The notes beneath the pieces were generated by a model. The model did no database searches. It saw only the letters and a list, made by a program, of their open reading frames with translations, and was not told the origin of the DNA. Source: Steroidobacteraceae bacterium (GTDB lineage Bacteria > Pseudomonadota > Gammaproteobacteria > Steroidobacterales > Steroidobacteraceae). Taken from it: a DNA stretch of 64,000 nucleotides. Below are positions 47,720 to 61,289 of the stretch, in pieces. The stretch is taken from the NCBI GenBank assembly GCA_035606175.1, contig DATNFW010000092.1, positions 502 to 64,501 of the forward strand, in the 5' to 3' direction. Position 1 is the stretch's first letter, and each line of letters opens with the position of its first letter. The translations under genes and the position numbers were made by a program.

Positions 47720-49807
47720 GTGAGCGTCTTCTCGAAGTCTTTCGCCTACGGACCGCATGCGGTCACGTTGGAAACGGGCGAGCTCGCGCGGCAGGCCGGT
47801 GCCGCAGTCAAGGTCGCGATGGGCGACACCGTCGTGCTCGTCACCGCCGTCGCCCAGCAGCAGCCGGCAGCCGGACGCGATTTCCTGCCCCTCACCGTCA
47901 ATTATGTCGAGAAGACGTACGCGGCCGGACGCATTCCCGGCGGCTTCTTCAAACGCGAAGGGCGCCCGACCGAGAAAGAGACGCTCACCTCGCGGCTCAT
48001 CGACCGTCCGATCCGCCCGCTCTTTCCCGACGGCTTCTACAACGACGTGCAAGTCGTCGCGACCGTGCTCTCCGTCGACCCGGACATCGACCCGGATATT
48101 CCCTCGCTCCTTGGCGCATCCGCCGCGCTCTCACTCTCCGGTGTGCCTTTCAGCGGGCCGATCGGCGCCGCGCGCGTCGGTTATCGCGACGGCAAGTACC
48201 TGCTGAATCCGACGGCGAAAGACCTCGAGACCTCCCAGCTGCATCTGGTCGTCGCCGGCACTGCGCAGGCGGTGCTGATGGTGGAGTCCGAGGCGAAGGC
48301 ACTGCCGGAGGACGTGATGCTCGGGGCGGTCGTGTTCGGGCATCAGGAGATGCAGGTTGCGATCCGCGCGATCCGCGAGCTCGTCGCCGAGGCGGGCAAG
48401 CCGCGCTGGAAGTGGCAGGCGCCGGCGGAGAACGCCGAGCTGGCGAGCGCCGTCGCGCTGCACGCCGAGGCTGCACTCGCGAAGGCGTACACGATCACCG
48501 AGAAGCTGCAGCGCCGCGACAGCATCCAGGAAGTCAAAACGAAGACGCTCGCCGCGCTCGCGACGGGCGATGGCGCCAAGTGGGACGAGGAGCAGGTGGA
48601 TGCGCAGCTCTTCAGGCTCGAGAGCAACATCGTCCGCCAGCGCGTTTTGAACGGCGAGCCGCGCATCGACGGCCGGGATGCGCGCACGGTGCGTCCGATC
48701 AGCGTCAAGGTGGGATTGCTCCCGCGGACGCACGGCTCGGCGCTCTTCACGCGCGGTGAGACCCAGGCGCTCGTCACGACGACGCTCGGCACCACTCGCG
48801 ATGCGCAGATCATCGACGGCCTCGAGGGCGAGCGGCGCGAGCCGTTCATGCTGCACTACAACTTCCCGCCGTTCTCGGTAGGGGAGACTGGCATGCTCGG
48901 CTCGCCGAAGCGCCGCGAGATCGGCCACGGCAATCTCGCGCGCCGCGGTGTGAGCGCCGTGATGCCGGACATGCAGAAGTTTCCGTACGTGATTCGTGTC
49001 GTCTCCGAGATCCTCGAGTCGAACGGCTCAAGCTCGATGGCGAGCGTCTGCGGAACGAGCCTCTCGCTGATGGATGCCGGCGTGCCCGTCAAGGCACCGG
49101 TCGCCGGGGTCGCGATGGGCTTGGTGCTCGAGGGCTCGCGCTTCAAAGTCCTCACCGACATTCTCGGTGACGAGGATCATCTCGGCGATATGGATTTCAA
49201 GGTCGCGGGCACGCGCGACGGCGTCACGGCGCTGCAGATGGATATCAAGGTCGAGGGCGTCACGCCCGAGATCATGCGCATCGCCCTCGATCAGGCGCGC
49301 GAAGGCCGGCTGCACATCCTCGGGGAGATGAACAAGGTGCTGTCCGCGCCGCGCGCGGAAATGTCCGAATGGGCGCCGTCGATCATCACCCTCAAGATCG
49401 ATCCGGAGAAGATTCGCGACGTGATCGGCAAGGGTGGGGCGGTCATCAGACAGATCACCGAGGAGACGGGCACGACGATCGACATCGAGAGCGATGGCAC
49501 CGTCAAGATCGCTTCGGTGAACGGCACTGCGGGCCGCGAGGCGCAGCGTCGGATCGAGCTCATCACCGCAGACGTGGAAGTCGGGCGCATTTACGAGGGA
49601 CGCGTGGCGCGGCTCATGGACTTCGGCGCGTTCGTCACGATCCTGCCTGGCCGCGACGGCCTCGTGCACATCTCGCAGATCTCCGACGAGCGCGTCGAGC
49701 GCGTGAGCGACAAGCTCAAAGAGGGGGACGTCGTGCGCGTGAAAGTGCTCGAGGTCGACCGCCAGGGGCGCATCCGGCTCTCGATGCGCAATGTCGAGGC
49801 CGCCTGA
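47720..49807 (+). CDS. pnp: Polyribonucleotide nucleotidyltransferase (PNPase)
   Basis: GTG at 47720 is preceded by a GAGGAT RBS. The product starts ...[23 protein letters not shown], collinear with E. coli PNPase. It has two RNase PH domains, a KH domain and an S1 domain. Confidence 0.95.
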   Translation: MSVFSKSFAYGPHAVTLETGELARQAGAAVKVAMGDTVVLVTAVAQQQPAAGRDFLPLTVNYVEKTYAAGRIPGGFFKREGRPTEKETLTSRLIDRPIRPLFPDGFYNDVQVVATVLSVDPDIDPDIPSLLGASAALSLSGVPFSGPIGAARVGYRDGKYLLNPTAKDLETSQLHLVVAGTAQAVLMVESEAKALPEDVMLGAVVFGHQEMQVAIRAIRELVAEAGKPRWKWQAPAENAELASAVALHAEAALAKAYTITEKLQRRDSIQEVKTKTLAALATGDGAKWDEEQVDAQLFRLESNIVRQRVLNGEPRIDGRDARTVRPISVKVGLLPRTHGSALFTRGETQALVTTTLGTTRDAQIIDGLEGERREPFMLHYNFPPFSVGETGMLGSPKRREIGHGNLARRGVSAVMPDMQKFPYVIRVVSEILESNGSSSMASVCGTSLSLMDAGVPVKAPVAGVAMGLVLEGSRFKVLTDILGDEDHLGDMDFKVAGTRDGVTALQMDIKVEGVTPEIMRIALDQAREGRLHILGEMNKVLSAPRAEMSEWAPSIITLKIDPEKIRDVIGKGGAVIRQITEETGTTIDIESDGTVKIASVNGTAGREAQRRIELITADVEVGRIYEGRVARLMDFGAFVTILPGRDGLVHISQISDERVERVSDKLKEGDVVRVKVLEVDRQGRIRLSMRNVEAA

Positions 49808-49863
49808 GAGGCTAGCGCGTCGCAGCGGTTAGCCGGGCGCCGCTACTCGCGGGACCCCGGTAT

Positions 49864-50346
49864 TCAGTCAGGCTCGCCGCGGGCTCGCGGCGCTGCATTG
49901 ATCAGAGTGCGGAAGATCTCGTCCTGCGCCGAGCGCCAGCGCTGAAAGTTCTTCGGCGCGACGGCGGCCACGACTTCGTGCGGGTCCACGCCGACGACGC
50001 TCTTCGCCCGCTCTCGCAACTCCCGCTGTTGATTGGCGAACAGCTTCAAGCTTTGCTCGAGATAGCACCCGGTCAGGTGCTGCATCGCCCCACCCCCGTA
50101 CGAGCGGATGAGCTGCGAGAGGAATTCGCGGCTCATCATGGGCTCGTTCCCGTGCTCCTGGTCGGCGATCACCTGCAGAAGGATGCTGTTGGTGATGTCG
50201 TCCTGGGATTTCTTGTCGAGCACGATGAACTCGATCTGGTCGATGACGAGCTTGCGCACGTCTCCGAGCGTGATGTAGCGGCTCTCAACGGTGTCGTACA
50301 GGCGCCGGTTCGGATATTTCTTGATGACCCTCGGTTCGCTCATCAC
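49864..50346 (-). CDS. phaR: Polyhydroxyalkanoate synthesis repressor PhaR
   Basis: The N-terminal IKKYPNRRLYDT..S.YITL.D....V block is diagnostic of PhaR. Confidence 0.85.
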   Translation of the reverse strand: MMSEPRVIKKYPNRRLYDTVESRYITLGDVRKLVIDQIEFIVLDKKSQDDITNSILLQVIADQEHGNEPMMSREFLSQLIRSYGGGAMQHLTGCYLEQSLKLFANQQRELRERAKSVVGVDPHEVVAAVAPKNFQRWRSAQDEIFRTLINAAPRARGEPD

Positions 50347-50472
50347 AAGCTCCCGTCTTGTGTTGCTGAGCGCCGCCGGCTGAAAAGCTCCGGCGGAACC
50401 CCGTAGACGCCACCTCTCGCGGCGCCCTGACCCCTGTGCATACCTTAGTACACGCCGGGTGACGTACCCAAA

Positions 50473-51378
50473 TTAAATTGCAAAATCTGCCTCCGAAGCA
50501 TTGACCGTCCGGATGAGGTTGAGAGGGGCGAGGCGGAAGTGGCGCACGGCCCAATCGAGCTGGATTCGGGGCGGCTCCCCGGTGAGCTCGGGCGGCGGGT
50601 CCTGCCCGAGCAGTCGCAGCGTCTCTGTGAGCCATGCACCGGAATGGAGCAAACCGACCGGTGCGGAGCGCCGCGATTTGGCGAGTTTGCGGCCGTCCGG
50701 CTCGACGACGAGCGGTAGATGAGCGAAGTGGGGCGGCGGGAATCCGAGCGCACGAGCGATCGCGATCTGCCAAGCGCTGCTTGCGAGCAAATCGGCGCCG
50801 CGAACGACATCGGTAATGCCTTGTGCGGCATCGTCCACCGTCACGGCGAGCTGATAGGCGATGAGGCCATCGCGCCGGCGCACGATGACATCGCCGAGCC
50901 CCTGCAACTCGAAGGCCTGCGTCCCTTGGATCCGATCCTCGAAGCGGATGACCTCGGCGTCGGGGACGCGGAAGCGCAAGGCTGTCGGGCCGGGCCGCGT
51001 CGGTCCGTTGCGGCAGGTGCCGGGATAGCCGTGCTCCTCGGCACCGGCGAGCTCGCGGCGCGAGCAGCTGCAGGGGAAGGTGAGGCCGCGCAGGGAAAGC
51101 GCGCCGAGGGCTGCTTCGTAGTGCTCGGTCCGGCGGCTCTGATACTCGACTTCCCCGTCCCACTCGAGGCCGAACGTCTCGAGCGTGCGCAGAATCAGCT
51201 CTGCGCTGCCGGGGACCACGCGTGGGGTGTCGAGGTCCTCCATCCGCACGAGCCAACGGCCACCATGGCATCGTGCATCGAGAAAGCTACCGACGGCGGC
51301 GAGCAGGGACCCGAGATGCAGCGATCCCGTGGGGGAGGGAGCGAACCGCCCGACGTACCCCGGGGGCGACTCAGCGAT
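50473..51378 (-). CDS. gluQ: Glutamyl-Q tRNA(Asp) synthetase (GluQRS/YadB); 5' end assigned by homology, with no canonical start codon
   Basis: The listed ORF starts at 51249 (VRMEDLD). The same frame upstream encodes IAESPPGYVGRFAPSPTGSLHLGSLLAAVGSFLDARCHGGRWL, collinear with the E. coli GluQRS N-terminus including the HIGH-like motif. The only initiator-like codon at the expected position is ATC (51378-51376). Confidence 0.8.
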   Translation of the reverse strand: MAESPPGYVGRFAPSPTGSLHLGSLLAAVGSFLDARCHGGRWLVRMEDLDTPRVVPGSAELILRTLETFGLEWDGEVEYQSRRTEHYEAALGALSLRGLTFPCSCSRRELAGAEEHGYPGTCRNGPTRPGPTALRFRVPDAEVIRFEDRIQGTQAFELQGLGDVIVRRRDGLIAYQLAVTVDDAAQGITDVVRGADLLASSAWQIAIARALGFPPPHFAHLPLVVEPDGRKLAKSRRSAPVGLLHSGAWLTETLRLLGQDPPPELTGEPPRIQLDWAVRHFRLAPLNLIRTVNASEADFAI

Positions 51379-52207
51379 AACGGTCGTCGCGGTCGCCGTA
51401 CTGGCGCTCGCGCCGCTCGCGCCGCTCCTGCGCCTCGATGCTGAGCGTCGCGACGGGCCGGGCCTCGAGCCGTTTGATGCCGATCTCCTCGCCGGTCTCG
51501 AGGCAGTATCCGTAAGTGCCGTCCTCGATGCGCTTCAAGGCCTCGTCGATCTTGCGGATGAGCTTGCGTTCCCTGTCCCGCGTCCGCAGCTCGAGGCTGA
51601 ACTCCTCCTCCTGGGTGGCCCGGTCGTTCGGGTCGGGGAAGTTCGCCGCCTCATCTTTCATGTGGGTGACGGTCCGGTCCACCTCCACCATGAGATCGCG
51701 CTTCCAGCTGAGCAGGATGTTGCGGAAGTGCTCCGTCTGCTCTTTGCTCATGTACTGCTCGCCACGCTTGGCGATGTACGGCTTGACGTTGCGCGGGCCC
51801 GCAAGGAGGCTGCCCGGCTCGGCGCTTTCGCCATCGTCGCCGTCGGGGCCGGCGGGCGGGGCAGATGACTGCGGCCGCACCGGCGCAGCGGCGGGGGTGA
51901 GCTTTACCGCGGCGGGTGCCGTACCGGGCCGCGCGGTATCTTCGACCTTGGCTGCCGGCTGAATGTGCCCCGCCGTTCGCATGTGTTCGGTGGCTTCCGT
52001 CTTGTTGCCGTTGACCGTGCCGCCTGCATGGGCCGTACCGGCCGGCGCCGCTGCTGCGACCTTGCGGACGGACGCCGCTTTGGGCCGTACATGGCTCACC
52101 GGTTTCGCCCTCTCGGGGGGCTTGCGCGCCGCCGCCTTCCGCGGCACGGCGCGGCTGGCAGGCCTCTTGCCCTTGGCAGGCTTCGGCGCGGGTTTCTTGG
52201 CCGACAT
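51371..52207 (-). CDS. dksA: RNA polymerase-binding transcription factor DksA, long form
   Basis: The C-terminal 150 aa are collinear with E. coli DksA (VDRTVTHM.DEAANFPDP.DRA.QEEEFSLELR.RDRERKLI.KI). GAGGAG RBS. GC3-rich codons run through the N-terminal extension. Confidence 0.85.
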   Translation of the reverse strand: MSAKKPAPKPAKGKRPASRAVPRKAAARKPPERAKPVSHVRPKAASVRKVAAAAPAGTAHAGGTVNGNKTEATEHMRTAGHIQPAAKVEDTARPGTAPAAVKLTPAAAPVRPQSSAPPAGPDGDDGESAEPGSLLAGPRNVKPYIAKRGEQYMSKEQTEHFRNILLSWKRDLMVEVDRTVTHMKDEAANFPDPNDRATQEEEFSLELRTRDRERKLIRKIDEALKRIEDGTYGYCLETGEEIGIKRLEARPVATLSIEAQERRERRERQYGDRDDRYR

Positions 52208-52247
52208 CAGGCACTCCTCAGAGCATTGAGCCCTAAAAGGACGCGCG

Positions 52248-52253
52248 ATTATA
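52248..52253 (-). promoter_or_regulatory. Perfect TATAAT -10 hexamer (minus strand), 41 nt upstream of the dksA ATG
   Basis: Read directly from the sequence (plus strand ATTATA). The upstream -35 is weak (CTGTAC). Confidence 0.4.
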
Positions 52254-52341
52254 CCGGCGCACCGAAGCGTGTACAGGGCACGCGCGCAGGGCTGAAATCA
52301 GGGCCCGGCGGGTGCGGAAACCGCCCGGGCAGCTCGGCTTT

Positions 52342-52731
52342 TCAGGGTAGCGCGACGGGCGGTGCCGGCGTCCAGTCGGGGCGCCGGCGCTCGACGACGA
52401 CGGTCGTGTAGATGCCGCCCCGCACGTTGAATCGCGCGCTGAGGCGCAGGAAGCGCGGGGCGAGAAGCGCATCGAGAGTTGCGGCGATCTCGTTCGTCAC
52501 GGCCTCGTGGAAGGTGCCTCTGTCTCGAAACGACCAGAGATAAAGCTTGAGCGACTTGAGCTCGACGCACAGTCGGTCCGGTACGTATTCGAGCTCCAGC
52601 GTCGCGAAGTCCGGCTGTCCCGTCTTCGGACAGAGACAGGTGAACTCCGGCAGCGTCATGCGGATCGTGTAGTCGCCCTCGGGCGCGGGATTCGCGAAGG
52701 TCTCGAGCGGGGAACGGCTAGGATCGGACAT
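52342..52731 (-). CDS. queF: NADPH-dependent 7-cyano-7-deazaguanine (preQ0) reductase QueF, unimodular type
   Basis: 129 aa. Contains [15 protein letters not shown] (catalytic Cys) and the QueF motif [13 protein letters not shown]. Confidence 0.9.
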   Translation of the reverse strand: MSDPSRSPLETFANPAPEGDYTIRMTLPEFTCLCPKTGQPDFATLELEYVPDRLCVELKSLKLYLWSFRDRGTFHEAVTNEIAATLDALLAPRFLRLSARFNVRGGIYTTVVVERRRPDWTPAPPVALP

Positions 52732-52856
52732 GTTTCAAAGGCGCGCGCCAAAAGATTAATTTATCATGTGCGCCGCGGGCGCGCGGCCCGCCGCACTTGC
52801 ATGCGGCGCAGCTCGCGCGAGGGGGTTCGGTCACGCCACGGGGGCAGTCACGCACG

Positions 52857-55800
52857 ATGCGGCTCACCAAGATCAAGCTCGCCGGTTTCAAATCCTTCGT
52901 CGATCCAACCACAGTCTCTTTCCCCGGCAATCTCACGGGCGTCGTCGGCCCGAACGGCTGCGGGAAATCCAACATCATCGATGCGGTTCGCTGGGTGATG
53001 GGCGAGCTGTCCGCGCGGCACCTGCGCGGAGACTCGATGGCGGACGTGGTGTTCAACGGCTCCGTCGGACGCAAGCCGGTAGGCAGCGCCTCGGTCGAGC
53101 TCGTCTTCGACAATGTCGATGGTAAGATCGGCGGTCCGTACGCCGCCTACAACGAGGTCTCGCTTCGCCGCCTCGTCGCGCGCGACGGCAGCTCCAATTA
53201 CTACATCAACGGAGCCCGCTGCCGGCGCAAGGACATCACGCATTTGTTTCTCGGCACCGGTCTCGGCTCGCGCAGCTACGCGATCATCGAGCAGGGGATG
53301 ATCTCGCGCGTCATCGACGCGAAGCCCGAGGACATGCGCGCGCTGCTCGAGGAGGCGGCCGGGATTTCCCGCTACAAGGAGCGGCGCCGCGAGACCGAGG
53401 CGCGGATCGCGGACACGCGCGAGAATCTCGAGCGTCTGCAGGACCTGCGCGACGAGGTGGAGAAGCAGATTCGACACCTGCAGCGCCAGGCGGCGGCCGC
53501 ACGGCGCTATCGGGAGCTCAAGGAAGAGGAGCGGCGCACGGCCGCGGAGCTTCTGGCGCTGCGCATGCGCGAGCTCGCGAGCGGCGCTGCGGTACACGAC
53601 TCGGCCATGCGCGAGCGCGACCTCGCGATGCAGGCGGCGCTCGCCGAGCAGCGCTCGCTCGAGGCGGCGCTCGAGAAGCAGCGCGCATTCCACGCGGAGC
53701 TCACCGAACGGGTCTCCGCATCCCAGGGCCGCTACTACGAGGCGGGTGCCGAGCTCTCCCGCACGGAACAGAGCATTCGGCACACCCGCGAGCTGCGCGA
53801 GCGTCAGCGCAATGACCTGGCTCAGGCGCGCGCGACGCTCTCGGAGCTCGCTTCGCACATCGCGCGCGACGAGCGGCAGGTCGCGGGGCTGCGGCTCGAG
53901 ATCGCTGCTCTCGCCCCGCAGCTCGGCGATGCGCAGCGGGCCGAGCACGCGGCTGCGGAGGCGCTTTCCGCGGCCGAGCAGGACCTTGCGGACTGGCAGC
54001 AGCGCTGGGAGTCGTTCAACCGCGAGCTCGGTGCCGCGAGTCAGACGACGCAGGTCGAGCGTGCCCGCATCGAGCAGCTCGAGAGCGAGCGGCATCGGCT
54101 CACGGCGCGCACGGACCGGCTCGCCGTCGAACGGGCCGATCTCGATGCGCTCGCGGCGAGCGGGGATCTCGCCGCGCTGTCGGAGCGGGAGTCCCGCGCG
54201 CGGGCGCTGAGCGAAGAGCTCGCCCGTGCGCACACCGCCGCACTCCAATCGGCGCAGGCTCTGCGCAGCGAGCAGCTCGCGATCGAGTCGCGGCTCGAGG
54301 CTGCGCGCGCCGAGCGCGATCGCGTGCGCAGCGAGCTCATGTCGCTCGATGCACTGCAGAAGGCAGCGCTCACTCACAATGCGGGCGGTGCCTCTGAATG
54401 GCTGGGCTCGAGCGGACTTGCCGGCCAACCGCGGGTTGCCGAGCAGCTGGACGTGGAGGAGGGGTGGGAGCGCGCCGTCGAGACGGCGCTCGGCGACTAT
54501 CTCGAGGCCGTCTGCGTCGAGCGCCTGGACGATCTCGCAGCCGCCCTCGATGAGCTGGCGAACGGGCGGCTCGCCCTGGTCGAGCACGGCGTTCGGCCGA
54601 CCGGCGAGGCGGGAGAAGCACGCGCAGCCGGCGACACCGGCTCCGTGACCGAAGCGTCCACGTCGGGACGCACTCTGGCCGCGAAGGTGCGTCGCGGCCC
54701 CCCGGCCGCGCTCGATGCGCTCGCGGGGGTGCTCGCAGGCGATTCGCTGGCGGAGGCGCTGCGCACACGCACGCTGCTCGAGCCCGGAGAATCGATCATT
54801 ACCCGCGGCGGCGAATGGGTGGGTCGCGATTGGATACGCCTCAATCGGGGGCACGATCAACACGCCGGCATCATCGAGCGCGAGCACCGACTGAAGCTGC
54901 TGCGCGCACAGCTCGGAAGCCACGAGCAGCACGTGCGCGACATCGAGGCGCATCTCGCCTCGACTCGCGGCGCTCTCGCAGAGGCCGAGGGCGCTCGCGA
55001 CCGTGTGCAATCGAACATCCACGACGCGCACCGCGAGCATGCCGATCTGCTCGGGAAGCTCGAGGCGGCCCGGGCGCGTGCTCAGGAGGCGATGCTGCGG
55101 CGGGAGCGCCTCGATGAGGAGGCCGCCGCGACCGCCCGTGAAGTGGATGCGGCTGAAGAGGCGCTCGCTCGGGCGCACGGCGCGCACGAGCGTGGACGCT
55201 CGCTTCTCGCGGACCTCGATTCGCGGCGCCCGGACCTCGAAGGCGAGCGCGAGGAGCGCCGCGAGACGGTTGCGCGTGCTCGCGCGCACGCGCAGGCCGC
55301 GCAGCTCGCCGCGCGGGATTTGTTGATCCGCAGCGAGTCGCGCCGCTCGAGCGAGAGCTCGATGGCCGTCTCGCTCGAACGCATGATCGAGCAGCGCGCA
55401 CAGCTCGAGCAGCGCTGCGCCGAGCTCGAGCGCGAGCTCGCAAGCGGTGACACTCCCATTCGCGAGCTCGAAGGGCGTCTCGAGGAGTTGCTCGCACGCC
55501 GGCTGGACGTGGAGGGCGAGCTTGCGGCCGCCCGGCGCGAGCTCGAGCGGGCCGACGCGGAGCTGCGCGTGCTCGATGAGCAGCGCATGCGCGCCGAGCA
55601 GCGCGTGCTCGAGGCGCGCACGGCCATGGAGCAGGCACGCTTGAGCGCGCAGGAGATTCGAGTGCGCCGCGAGTCGCTCGCGGAGCAGTTCGCGGCGACG
55701 CGTTTCGCGCTCGAGGAGATCGAGCAGGGACTCACCGCCGATGCCGATCCGCTCGCCTGGGAGGAGCGGCTCACCGAGACTCGCGCCGCGATCGAGAAGC

Positions 55801-56414
55801 TCGGCCAGGTCAATCTCGCGGCGATCGACGAGCTCGCGGAGCACAGCGAGCGCAAGGAGTACCTCGATCGGCAATTCAAGGACCTCACGGATGCTCTTGC
55901 GACGCTCGAGGACGCGATGCGCCGCATCGACAAGGAGACCCGGGCGCGGTTCGACGAGACGTTCCAGAAGATCAACGCCGGCCTCGAGCAGAAATTCCCG
56001 CGGCTCTTCGGAGGCGGGCATGCCTACCTCGAGCTCGTCGGGGATGATCCGTTGAGCGCGGGTGTCGCCGTGATGGCCCGTCCGCCGGGTAAGCGCAACA
56101 GCACGATCCATCTGCTTTCGGGCGGGGAGAAGGCGCTCACCGCGGTCGCGCTCGTCTTCTCGATCTTCGACTTGAATCCCGCACCTTTCTGCCTGCTCGA
56201 CGAGGTCGACGCGCCGCTCGACGAGTACAATATCGGGCGGTTCTGCGACATCGTGCGCGATATGTCGGGGCGAGTGCAGTTCATCTTCATTACTCACAAC
56301 AAAGCGACCATGGAGCTCGCCTCGCAGCTGATCGGCGTGACGATGAACGAGCCGGGAGTCTCCCGGCTCGTCGCGGTCGACGTCGAAGAGGCGATGCGCC
56401 TCGCGGCAGTCTGA
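52857..56414 (+). CDS. smc: Chromosome segregation protein SMC
   Basis: Starts at MRLTKIKLAGFKSF. Walker A GPNGCGKSN, long coiled coils, signature LSGGEKALTA and Walker B FCLLDEVDAPLD are present. Confidence 0.95.
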   Translation: MRLTKIKLAGFKSFVDPTTVSFPGNLTGVVGPNGCGKSNIIDAVRWVMGELSARHLRGDSMADVVFNGSVGRKPVGSASVELVFDNVDGKIGGPYAAYNEVSLRRLVARDGSSNYYINGARCRRKDITHLFLGTGLGSRSYAIIEQGMISRVIDAKPEDMRALLEEAAGISRYKERRRETEARIADTRENLERLQDLRDEVEKQIRHLQRQAAAARRYRELKEEERRTAAELLALRMRELASGAAVHDSAMRERDLAMQAALAEQRSLEAALEKQRAFHAELTERVSASQGRYYEAGAELSRTEQSIRHTRELRERQRNDLAQARATLSELASHIARDERQVAGLRLEIAALAPQLGDAQRAEHAAAEALSAAEQDLADWQQRWESFNRELGAASQTTQVERARIEQLESERHRLTARTDRLAVERADLDALAASGDLAALSERESRARALSEELARAHTAALQSAQALRSEQLAIESRLEAARAERDRVRSELMSLDALQKAALTHNAGGASEWLGSSGLAGQPRVAEQLDVEEGWERAVETALGDYLEAVCVERLDDLAAALDELANGRLALVEHGVRPTGEAGEARAAGDTGSVTEASTSGRTLAAKVRRGPPAALDALAGVLAGDSLAEALRTRTLLEPGESIITRGGEWVGRDWIRLNRGHDQHAGIIEREHRLKLLRAQLGSHEQHVRDIEAHLASTRGALAEAEGARDRVQSNIHDAHREHADLLGKLEAARARAQEAMLRRERLDEEAAATAREVDAAEEALARAHGAHERGRSLLADLDSRRPDLEGEREERRETVARARAHAQAAQLAARDLLIRSESRRSSESSMAVSLERMIEQRAQLEQRCAELERELASGDTPIRELEGRLEELLARRLDVEGELAAARRELERADAELRVLDEQRMRAEQRVLEARTAMEQARLSAQEIRVRRESLAEQFAATRFALEEIEQGLTADADPLAWEERLTETRAAIEKLGQVNLAAIDELAEHSERKEYLDRQFKDLTDALATLEDAMRRIDKETRARFDETFQKINAGLEQKFPRLFGGGHAYLELVGDDPLSAGVAVMARPPGKRNSTIHLLSGGEKALTAVALVFSIFDLNPAPFCLLDEVDAPLDEYNIGRFCDIVRDMSGRVQFIFITHNKATMELASQLIGVTMNEPGVSRLVAVDVEEAMRLAAV

Positions 56415-56433
56415 CGCCGGAGGCGAGTGGCTC

Positions 56434-60233
<3,800 letters not shown>

Positions 60234-60272
60234 CGGGAAATGTTCCTGAATTGTTAATAACTTACGATTTAT

Positions 60273-60623
60273 TTATGTTGTAACTTCTTCTGGTGCATGC
60301 GCCTCGATCGCAAGCGCGTGGATTCCGGCCGTCTGCAAGGTACTGCAACCGGCTTCCGCACCGAGTTGCCGTGCCACGCAATCGTAGACGAGCCGGTGCC
60401 GGGCGATGCGCGTGAGTCCGCGGAAGCGCTCGGAGACGATCCGAACGCGAAAGTGTCCCCCTTCGCGGGCGCCCGGATGGCCTGCGTGGCGCGCGCTCTC
60501 ATCTTGCACGTCGAGCCCGACGGGCGCGAGCTGCCGCTCGAGCGCAGCTCGGATGCGATCGGCCGTGGGGCTGGGCTCGGTCGGAGAGCGAGGGGTCTGC
60601 GGCGCGCCCATTTGTCCCGTCAT
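60273..60623 (-). CDS. BolA family protein
   Basis: Contains DES..H.GH.......HF.V.IVSE.F.G...I.RHR.VY. The ATG overlaps the yciB stop as ATGA. Confidence 0.75.
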   Translation of the reverse strand: MTGQMGAPQTPRSPTEPSPTADRIRAALERQLAPVGLDVQDESARHAGHPGAREGGHFRVRIVSERFRGLTRIARHRLVYDCVARQLGAEAGCSTLQTAGIHALAIEAHAPEEVTT

Positions 60624-61201
60624 TCCTGCACGATCTGTTTGTCCGCTCCCACGCCGGCGTTATCGGGTGTGGCGCGGCGTGCGAGCCAGAGCGCCTGGGC
60701 GAAGATGAATACGGCGGTCGCGAGGGTCAGCCCGAATACTTTGAAATTCACCCACGTGCGCTCGCTCGCATGATACGCCACCTCTATGTTGGCGACGCCG
60801 AGGCCGATGTAGAACGCAACCCACAGCGCATTCAACCGCCGCCACAGCCTCGCGGGGACGGTGCCCTCCGGATCGACCGCCGGCGCGAGGATCGTGGCGA
60901 CGAGCGGGCGCTTGCCGATCCAGTAGCTCCCGAGAAAGACGAGAGAGGCAGCCCAGAAGAACACGGTGGGCTTCCACTCGATATAGCGCCGGTTGTGCAG
61001 GAACAGCGTCGCGGCTCCGAACACGAAAACCAGCGCCGCCGACAGCCCGTGGCGCAGCGGCACGCGCCGGGTGCGCGCGATGTCGATCGTGAGCACGACG
61101 GCGACGGCCACCATGAGCGCCGCCGTCGCGGTGTATATGCCGCGCAGGTAGTACGCGACCACGAAAACCGCGAGCGTCGCGAGCTCGAGAGCGTTCTGCA
61201 T
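60620..61201 (-). CDS. yciB: Intracellular septation / inner-membrane protein YciB (IspZ)
   Basis: 193 aa with 5 TM helices. The ...IYTATAALMV....... and WKPTVFFW..... blocks are typical of YciB. Confidence 0.85.
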   Translation of the reverse strand: MQNALELATLAVFVVAYYLRGIYTATAALMVAVAVVLTIDIARTRRVPLRHGLSAALVFVFGAATLFLHNRRYIEWKPTVFFWAASLVFLGSYWIGKRPLVATILAPAVDPEGTVPARLWRRLNALWVAFYIGLGVANIEVAYHASERTWVNFKVFGLTLATAVFIFAQALWLARRATPDNAGVGADKQIVQE

Positions 61202-61289
61202 GCGAGAGGATGCGGGGGCGTGCCGCCCGGCTTCAGGGGCCGCGTATCATAGCCCAACCTCCTTCGAGAAGCCTCGACGACATCCCGAT

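Noticed and set aside
52732-52856. preQ1 riboswitch upstream of queF
   Set aside because: The 125-nt divergent spacer shows no preQ1-I or preQ1-II-like A-rich tail or pseudoknot elements. It contains only an AT-rich promoter-like patch (TTAATTTATCAT).
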